A stretch of 64,000 nt of DNA, taken from an uncultured Clostridia bacterium (lineage in GTDB: Bacteria; Bacillota; Clostridia; TANB77; CAG-508). Location of the stretch: assembly GCA_947623865.1 (NCBI GenBank), contig CANQIC010000003.1, forward strand, positions 20,209-84,208. The letters are read 5' to 3'. Positions 52,984 through 61,388 of the stretch are shown one piece after another (position 1 is the first letter of the stretch; every line of letters begins with the position of its first letter). The notes below the pieces were generated by a model. The model was not told the origin of the DNA. It did not search any database and worked only from the letters and a program-made list of their open reading frames with translations. Made by a program: the position numbers and the translations under genes.

Positions 52984-53262
52984 CTATTTTTTATTAACTA
53001 AATCTTTTAATGCTTTACCAGCTTTGAATACTGGAGCTTTTGATGCAGGTATTTTGATTTCTTCTTTAGTTTGTGGGTTTCTACCTTTTCTAGCTGCTCT
53101 TTTTCTTACTTCGAAAGATCCAAATCCAACTAATTGAACTTTATCTCCTTTTACTAAAGCTTCTGTTACAGTATCAACTAATGCATTTACTGCTGCTTCA
53201 GCACCTTTTTTTGTTTCTCCTGTTTTTGCAGCTATTGCTGCGATTAATTCAGCTTTGTTCAT
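52984..53262 (-). CDS. hup: HU-family DNA-binding protein
   Basis: [11 protein letters not shown]...[20 protein letters not shown], 92 aa. Confidence 0.95.
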   Translation of the reverse strand: MNKAELIAAIAAKTGETKKGAEAAVNALVDTVTEALVKGDKVQLVGFGSFEVRKRAARKGRNPQTKEEIKIPASKAPVFKAGKALKDLVNKK

Positions 53263-53457
53263 TTAAAATTACCTCCTATAAGATTTGTTTTCTATTTAGT
53301 AGAATAGTTCTACTATTTAAGATTATTCGCCAATTTTAGCTAAAATCCTTCTTTTTTTATTTTATTTTTTTATCAAGTCTTTTATTCCCTAGGGTTTTGT
53401 TGTGTTGGTTTTTGAAAAAGCTTGATTTTACTGGGATCTAGCAGTTTTATTTTTTTG

Positions 53458-55026
53458 TCATTTTTTTATTCTTTTGTACATCTTTTGTCCGTAAGGAATC
53501 ATAAAAATTTCTTGTTCTGACAATATTTTTAATATTAAAACTGAAATTATATATATTATTATCCCTATTAGTAAAGAAATTATTAATATAATTTTTTGTG
53601 GTACAATCAAATATAGTTTTATATATATATAATATGAACACATTGCCATAATTATAGATGCAATTGTGGGTTTTATTAGAAATTTGTTTATTTTAAATGA
53701 TAATTTTAAATTTCTTTTTAAAGATATAAAACATATTATAAAAGATGTAATGTGTGATATTATTGACGAAAGTATTGCTCCTTTTACTCCAATTATAGGT
53801 ATTAATAATAAATTAAATATAAATTTTATAATCGCTCCAAAAGCAAATGCAATTACTGGTATATTAACTTTTCCTAGACCCTGAAGTGCTCCATTTATTG
53901 TTTGAGTTAATACAACAAATATAATAGTCCAAGATGAACATGCAAGCATTTCTGCTCCTGATGATGCATTTGGAAATAGTAAGTTTAATATTTCATTAGA
54001 AAACAAACACATACATATAGTGCATGGAAGTCCTATTAGTATAGTAATTAATATTGAAAATTCTATTCTTTTTTTAGCAATATGCATTTCTTTTCTTGCA
54101 ATTGCTGCTGAGATAGTTGGAACTAGTGCTGTTGCAAATGCTATATTGAATGAAAATGGAAGTGTTATTAAAGTATCTACTTTCCCACTAAGTATTCCAT
54201 ACTGCAAAGTTGCTTCTTGTTCTCCAATAATTTTTTTTAAAATTCTTACAACTGTTAAAGCATCTATTGTTTTAGTTGTAGCAGAAAAAAGTGCACATAA
54301 CGCTATAGGCACAGATACAGCAAGTATACTTTTTATAATTTTTATTATACTATCCTTTTTATACTTTACTGATGAGATTACTTCTTTCCAAACTTCTTTT
54401 TTTCTTTTTACAAAATATCTATATAAATAAACTAAACTAAATAATGTTGCAAGTGTTGTAGCAAGAGTTGCAGCTCCTGCCATGAATATAGTATTATTAC
54501 ATGAAACTGCTGCTATTTGCTCAACTATGCATATTGTAAGTATAGTTTTAAATATTTGTTCTAAACTTTGAGAATTTGCAGTTACTGATAGATTTTCTCT
54601 TCCATTAAAATACCCTCTTAATACTGATGCTATTGATACCAAAAAAACAGATGGGGAAAGTGCTAGAATTGTAAGTTCTGCTTCTGGTATTTGTAAGTAA
54701 ATATTTGCTATGTAATTTGCTCCAAAAAACAATATGCTGCTTCCTACAAATCCTAATAATCCAAACATAGCAAAAGCTATTTTAAAAATTCTATAAGCCC
54801 CTTTATTATCTCCTATTGCAACTTTACTAGATACTAATTTCGATATTGCATTTGGTACTCCAATTGAAGAAACTGTTAAAAATAAGGAATATATTTGAAA
54901 AGCAGCACCATAAATAGCATTACCTCTATCTCCAAACCCTTCTTTATTTGTTAAATATAACTTATATATTAATCCAACTATTTTTATGATAACTTGCGAA
55001 AGCATAAGCACAATTACACCTTCCAT
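53458..55026 (-). CDS. MOP-superfamily flippase (SpoVB/MurJ-like polysaccharide biosynthesis protein)
   Basis: 522 aa, ~14 TM segments, typical N-terminus (KL.G..Y...L....G.....Y..A..IY). Confidence 0.75.
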   Translation of the reverse strand: MEGVIVLMLSQVIIKIVGLIYKLYLTNKEGFGDRGNAIYGAAFQIYSLFLTVSSIGVPNAISKLVSSKVAIGDNKGAYRIFKIAFAMFGLLGFVGSSILFFGANYIANIYLQIPEAELTILALSPSVFLVSIASVLRGYFNGRENLSVTANSQSLEQIFKTILTICIVEQIAAVSCNNTIFMAGAATLATTLATLFSLVYLYRYFVKRKKEVWKEVISSVKYKKDSIIKIIKSILAVSVPIALCALFSATTKTIDALTVVRILKKIIGEQEATLQYGILSGKVDTLITLPFSFNIAFATALVPTISAAIARKEMHIAKKRIEFSILITILIGLPCTICMCLFSNEILNLLFPNASSGAEMLACSSWTIIFVVLTQTINGALQGLGKVNIPVIAFAFGAIIKFIFNLLLIPIIGVKGAILSSIISHITSFIICFISLKRNLKLSFKINKFLIKPTIASIIMAMCSYYIYIKLYLIVPQKIILIISLLIGIIIYIISVLILKILSEQEIFMIPYGQKMYKRIKK

Positions 55027-55088
55027 AAAACTGTTTTGTTTTTTGTTTTTAATTTTTATCTTCCTCCTTTCTATTTTACATATTTATA

Positions 55089-55282
55089 AAATTGTTGTTT
55101 GTAAAATATCAATTGATTTCTAGAAAAGGTTATATTTATTTGTTTCTCAGTTACGCGATCCAGCTTTCGTTACATGAAACTGTTGTTGCTTTAGCAACTT
55201 ACAGGTTCAGTAACGGAATTCGCGTTGGAAACAAATAAATAAACCTTTTCTAGAGAACACTTAATTAAACAAATTACAATTT
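55089..55282. repeat. Family A long-hairpin element (194 bp), twin of 62295-62488
   Basis: Family A termini enclose an extended imperfect hairpin (TCTAGAAAAGGTT.TATTTATTTGTTTC ... GAAACAAATAAATA.AACCTTTTCTAGA, apex GTTGCTTTAGCAAC). Identical to the twin except for ~3 nt at the right terminus. Confidence 0.85.
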
Positions 55283-55388
55283 ACCTTTTTTCTGATAATC
55301 CTATATTCAATGTATATGAACTTTTTGTGCAAAAAGACTTGTTTTTTTCGCATTTTTATAGGATAATATATATGTATAAAAATATTTT

Positions 55389-57722
55389 ATGGGGGATTTA
55401 AAATTGAAATATGTAGATAAATTTTTAAAAATAATAAAAACAGATAGAAATACTTTTTTTACCTATATACTAACTTTAATTACAGCATATATAATAATTG
55501 ATAGAATTGTAGAAATGTTAATACTAATTTTTACAGGAATGTCAGTTTCATATTGGGGACCTATAAAATATACATTAGCAATGGCTTGCCCAATATTTGG
55601 ATTCCTATTTTCTTATCCATCTAAGTTTTGTAAATCATCTCAAAACAAAAAGTCATTCTTTTGTACATATTGTATTTGTCTATATGTAGTAGCAATTTCA
55701 GCTATAGTTCAATGGCTTAATCATGTAGCATGGATTGGAATACTATCACTTCCAAATTACGAAATTATAGTTACAGAATTTTCTGATTTAATAATAAGGG
55801 CATTTACAGCAGTTTCAATATACATACCACTTGTTACATTTTATAAACTAATCAATTGGTTTAATAAAACTGTTAATGACCCAATATTCCCAAATCCTTT
55901 CTATGAAGCTCTTGAAGATTTCCAGGGTTTAGACATATCAGCACCTGATGGAACAACAGGACCGTATAGTTTAGAAATAGAAATTTGTAAAGATAGAAAT
56001 TCTGGAAAACCTGTAAAAATAACTCAAGAAAGAAGATTTCAACCTACTTTAGTAATCGGTCCTTCTGGAACTGGTAAAACTTCAATGGTAATGGAACCTA
56101 TGATTGCAAGAGATTTAGAAAAAAAATATTTCTTTAGGGAAGTTTCAAAAGAAATGGGATATACTGCTTTAAAAACAAATATTGCTGTTTTGAATAAACC
56201 ATATGATAATGATTATTTAAATAAAAATTTCCATCTATCTATGCTTACTCCTGTTGAAGGAAAGGAAAGAGTATATAAAGCATATATGAATAAAATGATT
56301 TCTCAAATAACACCCGATGGAAAAATAATATACAAAAACTTTGGTATAACAGTTGTTACACCTGATGCTGATCATATAGATAGAGTAAAAGAAGTTGCAA
56401 AATGCTTTGATATACCAATTATAGAAATAGATCCTACAAATCCAAATTCAATTGGTTTAAATCCTTTTATAATAAAAGCCCCAGATTTATGTGGAGTAAT
56501 TATTTCATTAGTTATTAAAGGATTATATAATCCTGCAAACCTTAATGCTGATCAAGTATATGCAGAAGATATAGCAATTCAAGCAATCCAAAATTTAGTA
56601 ATACTTTTAAAAGTAATGTATCCTAGAATGCATGATGGATTAATGCCTAATTTAGAGGATATGCTTAGATGCTTTACAAACTTTGATTTAGTCCAACAAA
56701 TGTGTGAAGAAATGAAAAAGGATCCAGAACTTGTAAAACAATATAATTTACAAATTGGATATTTTGAACAAAACTTTTATAAAGATTCTGTAGGAAAAAA
56801 AGATATGCAAAAATATGTACATTTTGTTTCATCTACATTAGATATGCTCCTTAGATCTTCAGAAGCAAGAAGTATAATATGTAATAGATATAATAATATA
56901 GATTTTGCTGATGTTATTAATAATGGTAAAGTTGTTCTACTTTCTACTAGACCTTATGAAATAGGTGCAACTGCTCATAAGGGCTTTGGTAATTTCTTCT
57001 TAATGCTTATGATGTGTGCTGTTGAAATTAACCGTGAAGTTGCAAAAGAAAGAATTCCTCATTTTATATATGTAGATGAGCTTGATCAATATGCTGTCGC
57101 AACACTTTCTGATATGTATACATTATATAGAAAATTTAAAATAGGTACTATCTTTTCTTCTCAAACAATAGGAGGATTAGGTAAACATAAAAATTCATTA
57201 TTCTCAAATTCACCTACTAAGATAACATTCGGTAATAACTCTCCTGAAGAGATGAAGTGGTGGACAGATGAATTAGGAAAAAGAAAAGAATGGGTTGTTG
57301 GCTATTCTTATGATAAACAAGATGGTGAATATTCTGATAAATTAAATAGTCCACAATGGGCATGGAAAGATTATATGATACCTGGTAGGATACAAGGTTT
57401 AAAATTCAAAAATATAATTTACAAAACTAAGAATAAAAAAGGTAAAAATATTGTTGGATTTGGAAATGTTGATTTCTTAGAAAGTAAGTATAAAACTCCT
57501 CACAAATCAAAGAAATATAACTTTAGCAAATATATAACAGCTATTAACGAAGATAATGAAAAAGATGAAAAACCTAAATGGAATCCTAAAAAAGTAAAAT
57601 TTACAGAAGATGATCGTGGAGATATAGACCCTATACAAACAGATACAACTGATTCATCATATTTCTTTGATAATGAAGATGCAATTAGTTTTAATTTAGG
57701 AAATAATGATAAAAAAGATTAA
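55389..57722 (+). CDS. Membrane-anchored TraD/TraG/VirD4-like coupling-protein-type P-loop ATPase
   Basis: N-terminal TM segments, Walker A GPSGTGKTS, Walker B HFIYVDELDQY. 777 aa (an alternative TTG start at 55404 is possible). Confidence 0.7.
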   Translation: MGDLKLKYVDKFLKIIKTDRNTFFTYILTLITAYIIIDRIVEMLILIFTGMSVSYWGPIKYTLAMACPIFGFLFSYPSKFCKSSQNKKSFFCTYCICLYVVAISAIVQWLNHVAWIGILSLPNYEIIVTEFSDLIIRAFTAVSIYIPLVTFYKLINWFNKTVNDPIFPNPFYEALEDFQGLDISAPDGTTGPYSLEIEICKDRNSGKPVKITQERRFQPTLVIGPSGTGKTSMVMEPMIARDLEKKYFFREVSKEMGYTALKTNIAVLNKPYDNDYLNKNFHLSMLTPVEGKERVYKAYMNKMISQITPDGKIIYKNFGITVVTPDADHIDRVKEVAKCFDIPIIEIDPTNPNSIGLNPFIIKAPDLCGVIISLVIKGLYNPANLNADQVYAEDIAIQAIQNLVILLKVMYPRMHDGLMPNLEDMLRCFTNFDLVQQMCEEMKKDPELVKQYNLQIGYFEQNFYKDSVGKKDMQKYVHFVSSTLDMLLRSSEARSIICNRYNNIDFADVINNGKVVLLSTRPYEIGATAHKGFGNFFLMLMMCAVEINREVAKERIPHFIYVDELDQYAVATLSDMYTLYRKFKIGTIFSSQTIGGLGKHKNSLFSNSPTKITFGNNSPEEMKWWTDELGKRKEWVVGYSYDKQDGEYSDKLNSPQWAWKDYMIPGRIQGLKFKNIIYKTKNKKGKNIVGFGNVDFLESKYKTPHKSKKYNFSKYITAINEDNEKDEKPKWNPKKVKFTEDDRGDIDPIQTDTTDSSYFFDNEDAISFNLGNNDKKD

Positions 57723-57730
57723 TAAGAAAA

Positions 57731-57771
57731 ATTATGGAGAATTCTTTAACCTAAGAATTCTCCATAATTTT
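57731..57771. terminator. Bidirectional hairpin terminator
   Basis: ATTATGGAGAATTCTT-taacct-AAGAATTCTCCATAAT. Confidence 0.6.
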
Positions 57772-57883
57772 ATACATCCATGCATTTTCCTTCGTCATTG
57801 ATACTATGCAACATGTCACTATCTGCATCATACCAATACTCATCGGAATCGTAATCATTTCTGGTTGGATTCTCTTTTGCCAT
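57770..57883 (-). CDS. 37-aa acidic peptide (speculative)
   Basis: Own call: MAKENPTRNDYDSDEYWYDADSDMLHSINDEGKCMDV, with GGAGAG 9 nt upstream. Locally higher GC. Confidence 0.25.
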   Translation of the reverse strand: MAKENPTRNDYDSDEYWYDADSDMLHSINDEGKCMDV

Positions 57884-58064
57884 AGATGTCTACTCTCCTT
57901 TCGTATAGATTGATATTGTTCAAATAATATACTTTCGTATATTGTTAATTTATAGTGTCAATTTTTTCCATTTTATACTTACCTGCTACTTCATCTGTGT
58001 AGATATTAAGCTATTTTGTTAGTTTTCTTCTTTTAATTTGAATTTAAAATTTTGAATTAAATAC

Positions 58065-58352
58065 TTAAGAACTTAATTTTGTTGACATTTGTCTTGATGA
58101 ATGCCAAATTCTACGAATAAAAACTTTATCAGATTGGATCTTATATATTATTCTATATGATTTATAAATTAATTCTCGCTGATTATCCTTATTATATTCT
58201 GGTATCTTTCTTCCCATATAAGGAATATATCTAAGTTTATCAACCAATTCAACTATCTCATTAATTGTTTTTATAGCAGAGTCTTCATAGATATAATTGT
58301 AAATTTGAAATAAATCGTTCTCAGCTGTTTTTAGCCATATCAATTTTACCAA
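58065..58352 (-). CDS. ParE/RelE-family type II toxin
   Basis: ...IWLKTAENDLFQIYNYI...RELIYKSYRIIYKI..DKVFIRRIWH pattern. Overlaps the upstream small gene. Confidence 0.7.
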   Translation of the reverse strand: MVKLIWLKTAENDLFQIYNYIYEDSAIKTINEIVELVDKLRYIPYMGRKIPEYNKDNQRELIYKSYRIIYKIQSDKVFIRRIWHSSRQMSTKLSS

Positions 58353-58536
58353 ATATATGCTCCAAAACTTCTTCTGTTGTGTAGTATTCTGCTATTCCTA
58401 AGGCTTCTTCTTTATCTTGTTTTTCAATAATCGCTATGACAATATCTGATTCTGTAGAATCTGGATTATTCAATATATTTTCTAATTCTTCTATTGTCTT
58501 TTTTCTATACTCTTGTATTTTTTGATTATTAGTCAT
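58321..58536 (-). CDS. Putative antitoxin partner of the ParE-like toxin
   Basis: 71-aa acidic protein overlapping the toxin start. Classic TA arrangement. Confidence 0.55.
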   Translation of the reverse strand: MTNNQKIQEYRKKTIEELENILNNPDSTESDIVIAIIEKQDKEEALGIAEYYTTEEVLEHIFGKIDMAKNS

Positions 58537-58655
58537 ATTATCATCCCCTTATTACTAATAGCTTAATATCTTTTAAAATTATATTTCATTTTCCATCTTT
58601 TGTCAATATTTTCCAAAAAAGATTATAACTTCAAATGAGTTATAATCTTTTTTTA

Positions 58656-59591
58656 TTACCCTAATATTTTTAAATCTACTTCTTCCATCTTATATTTACC
58701 TGTTGTTTCATCCGTTTTAAATTCTATTAATGATTTCTCTAATGAATCACTATTTTGTCTTAAATCTGTAGTAAATAATAATTTTAAATTTGGTATTTCT
58801 AATTTATTTGTTACAATTATTTTTAGAATTTCTACCATATGTTTTGTGTCTTCTGCAACCAATATCAATTGTGGCTTTATCTCAAATCCTGAATCAAATG
58901 CTACAAAACTTTCATAGAAATCAATATATAATTTCATTCTATCAATTAATTTCTTTTCCCAATCTTCTTCTCTTCTTATTGTTTCAAATATAAAATCAAT
59001 TGATTTTTTATTTTTTGTCAATTTAACTCCTGCTTGACATTTAAATATCTTTCCAAGTTTTTTTGCAGTCATTGTTGGTTTTATAGTATATTTATCAAAT
59101 GCTGCTACTTTTCTTAAGTAAGCTATTATTATTTGATTCCCAGCTAAACGTTTTTTAATCATAGCTACTGGCTTTGTATTATCGGTAGGTTGCCATTTAC
59201 ATTCAATTCCTCTAGAATTAAGTAAGTATTTACCCATTTTTTCTAAACAATATATTCTATATATACATTTACCTTCTTCCGATGTAAAATAGTATCTAGT
59301 TAATATCTTAGATTTTACTAATTGTTCTAGTTTATTATTTAATTTATCTTGTGATTTTATATCTTCTCCATTATGTACTAATATTTGATAAATTTGTCTT
59401 GATGTTATGAATTCAAATTCATTTACTAATTCCATTATTTTAAAATGTATATCTGTAATATGACCTATATTTATTTTATGTATGATTTGATTCATAGATA
59501 CATATCCATCTTTTCCATCAAATGTTTTTATTTCTCCTTCCCTTATTGCAAATGGTGATACTTCTGTTTTTATTTCATTATCTTCTACCAT
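58656..59591 (-). CDS. Replication-relaxation (Replic_Relax-like) winged-helix protein
   Basis: FITSRQIYQIL...LNNKLEQLVKSKILTRYYF wHTH. Likely start ATG at 59591 after AGAAGGAGG (ORF track extends to 59690). Confidence 0.55.
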   Translation of the reverse strand: MVEDNEIKTEVSPFAIREGEIKTFDGKDGYVSMNQIIHKINIGHITDIHFKIMELVNEFEFITSRQIYQILVHNGEDIKSQDKLNNKLEQLVKSKILTRYYFTSEEGKCIYRIYCLEKMGKYLLNSRGIECKWQPTDNTKPVAMIKKRLAGNQIIIAYLRKVAAFDKYTIKPTMTAKKLGKIFKCQAGVKLTKNKKSIDFIFETIRREEDWEKKLIDRMKLYIDFYESFVAFDSGFEIKPQLILVAEDTKHMVEILKIIVTNKLEIPNLKLLFTTDLRQNSDSLEKSLIEFKTDETTGKYKMEEVDLKILG

Positions 59592-59686
59592 AACTATGGC
59601 CTCCTTCTTTCTAATGTATGGGGACATAGATTTCCCCTTTGTATTCTTGTATAGAGGAACTATGTCCTCTATGCAAATTGCTAATG

Positions 59687-60515
59687 TCAATTTTTTATCT
59701 TTTTGCTATTTGTAATTACTAATTTAATTTTTTTCTTTTCTGGTATAATTCTTTTAATATAAACTTCAACATTTTGTCCATATTCTATATCTTCTTTGTA
59801 TTCTGCAAGTCCAATAAGATTTGGTTTTAATTCAATGAATATACCATTTTTAGATTTTTCCGTTTCCCTAGCTATTCCGTTAACTGTCATTCCTTCATTT
59901 AAATCTACTATGTTCTCTTCCCATGTTCCAAGCATTTCCTTATAGCTAAGAATTACTCTATTTGTTTTCCTATCTATAGATTTTATCATAATATTTATTT
60001 TTTGTCCAATTTTAAATCTTTCAAAAGGTGATTTAATCCTTGCTACTGAAATATCTTCTATGTGAACTAAACCTACTATTCCTCCTCCTATTTCTACAAA
60101 TGCTCCATATGGTCTAATGTTTTTTACTATTCCGACATACGCACATGCCTTCTTTTAAGTCATTTCTCATCCAGTTCATTGCTTCTTTTCCTACTGCTTT
60201 TCTAGATAATATAACTGCATCTTTTTTACTAGTATCCTTTACTTTAAATTGTACAAATTTATTTATTTTGCTTGTACATATATTTGGTTTTGGAAAACCG
60301 GTTTCATCAATATTTATAGCTTCTACTTCTTCTCTTGGTATGATCCCAGTTATGTTATTTCCCAAATCTAAATAAAGATTATAATTACTATCACACCTTG
60401 TAACCTTTGCTTGCATAATATTACCATTTATAGAAGCTACATTTAATTCTTCTAATGAAAATGCCTTATTAATATCATTCCATCCTTCTGGAATGAATTT
60501 TTGTTCATATTTCAT
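59687..60515 (-). CDS. Multi-S1-domain RNA-binding protein (275 aa after one +1 shift)
   Basis: ORFs 60114..60515 and 59687..59989 join at CGG 60132-60134. Restores EGMCVC(G)IVKNIRPYGAFVEIGGGIVGLVHIEDIS (canonical S1 G.V...YGAFV...GL.H). Confidence 0.8.
60131..60134 (-). other. In-frame CGG +1 recoding site (CGGA)
   Basis: GTA TGT CGG A|ATA GTA AAA AAC ATT gives V C (G) I V K N I. The 0-frame stops at 60114. Confidence 0.8.
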
Positions 60516-60579
60516 ACAACATTTTCTCCTTTTCTTTTGTATATTTACATTATATATTTGTATATTATTTTTTTCAATA

Positions 60580-61304
60580 TTATTTTAATATATTTTCTAC
60601 TTCTTTTTTAGTTAGTTTTCTCCATTCCCCTAACTTCAAATTTTTTATACTTATATTTCCAATTTTACTCCTGTGCAAACTTAATACTTTTTTATTGATT
60701 GCTTCACACATCCTTCTTATTTGTCTATTTTTACCCTCATGAATTGTAATTTGAAATCTAGTTGTATTTTTTTCTTCATCTGTTTTTAAGATTTTAACAT
60801 TTGCCTTACTTGTAATGAAATTTCCAATATCAATTCCGTTTTTTAATTTATTTAATTCATCATTATTAAGCTTTCCAACTACTGTTACATTATATGTTTT
60901 ATTTATTTCATGCTTTGGATGAGTAACTCTATATACAAAATCTCCGATCATCTGTTAAAATAATAGCTCCTGATGTATACATATCTAATCTTCCAACTGG
61001 TACTAACCTTTTATTTGTTTTTACTAAGTCAAGAACTGTTTTTCTTCCGAAATTGATCCTTTACAGTTGTTACATAGTCAATGGGTTTATTTAAGAGAAT
61101 ATATGTATATTCTTTTTTTGATATTTTTATTTTTTTACCATTATATTCTACTTCATCTCGATTAGGATTAATCTTTGTTCCAAGTTTTGTTATAATTTTT
61201 CCATTTACTTTAACTTGTCCATTTTCAATTAATTCTTCACATTTTCTTCTCGATGCAATTCCATTATCTGCTAAAAATTTTTGAAGTCTTATTTGTTCTT
61301 CCAT
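60580..61304 (-). CDS. rluB: Pseudouridine synthase, RsuA/RluB family with S4 domain (240 aa after two +1 shifts)
   Basis: ORFs 61029..61304 and 60580..60951 plus an untracked middle frame join at CGG 61047 and 60944. Restores ...QF(G)RKTVLDLVKTNKRLVPVGRLDMYTSGAIILTDD(G)DFVYRVTHPKHE. Confidence 0.85.
60943..60946 (-). other. rluB: In-frame CGG +1 recoding site (CGGA)
   Basis: GAT GAT CGG A|GAT TTT GTA TAT gives D D (G) D F V Y (the conserved T.DG motif). Confidence 0.8.
61046..61049 (-). other. rluB: In-frame CGG +1 recoding site (CGGA)
   Basis: CAA TTT CGG A|AGA AAA ACA GTT gives Q F (G) R K T V. The 0-frame stops at 61029. Confidence 0.75.
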
Positions 61305-61332
61305 AGTTTTTCCTCATACTTTATTTTTTGAT

Positions 61333-61388
61333 AAATTATTGTTTGTTTCATGTTCGGAAAATTCAGGACATGAAACAAATTACAATTT
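61333..61388. repeat. Family A minimal element (56 bp)
   Basis: AAATTATTGTTTGTTTCATGT-TCGGAAAATTCAGG-ACATGAAACAAATTACAATTT. The right terminus supplies the last codons and stop of rluD. Confidence 0.75.

Noticed and set aside
53447-53641. 64-aa ORF overlapping the 3' end of the flippase gene on the same strand.
   Set aside because: It is an alternative frame within the well-supported 522-aa membrane protein gene, with no independent support.
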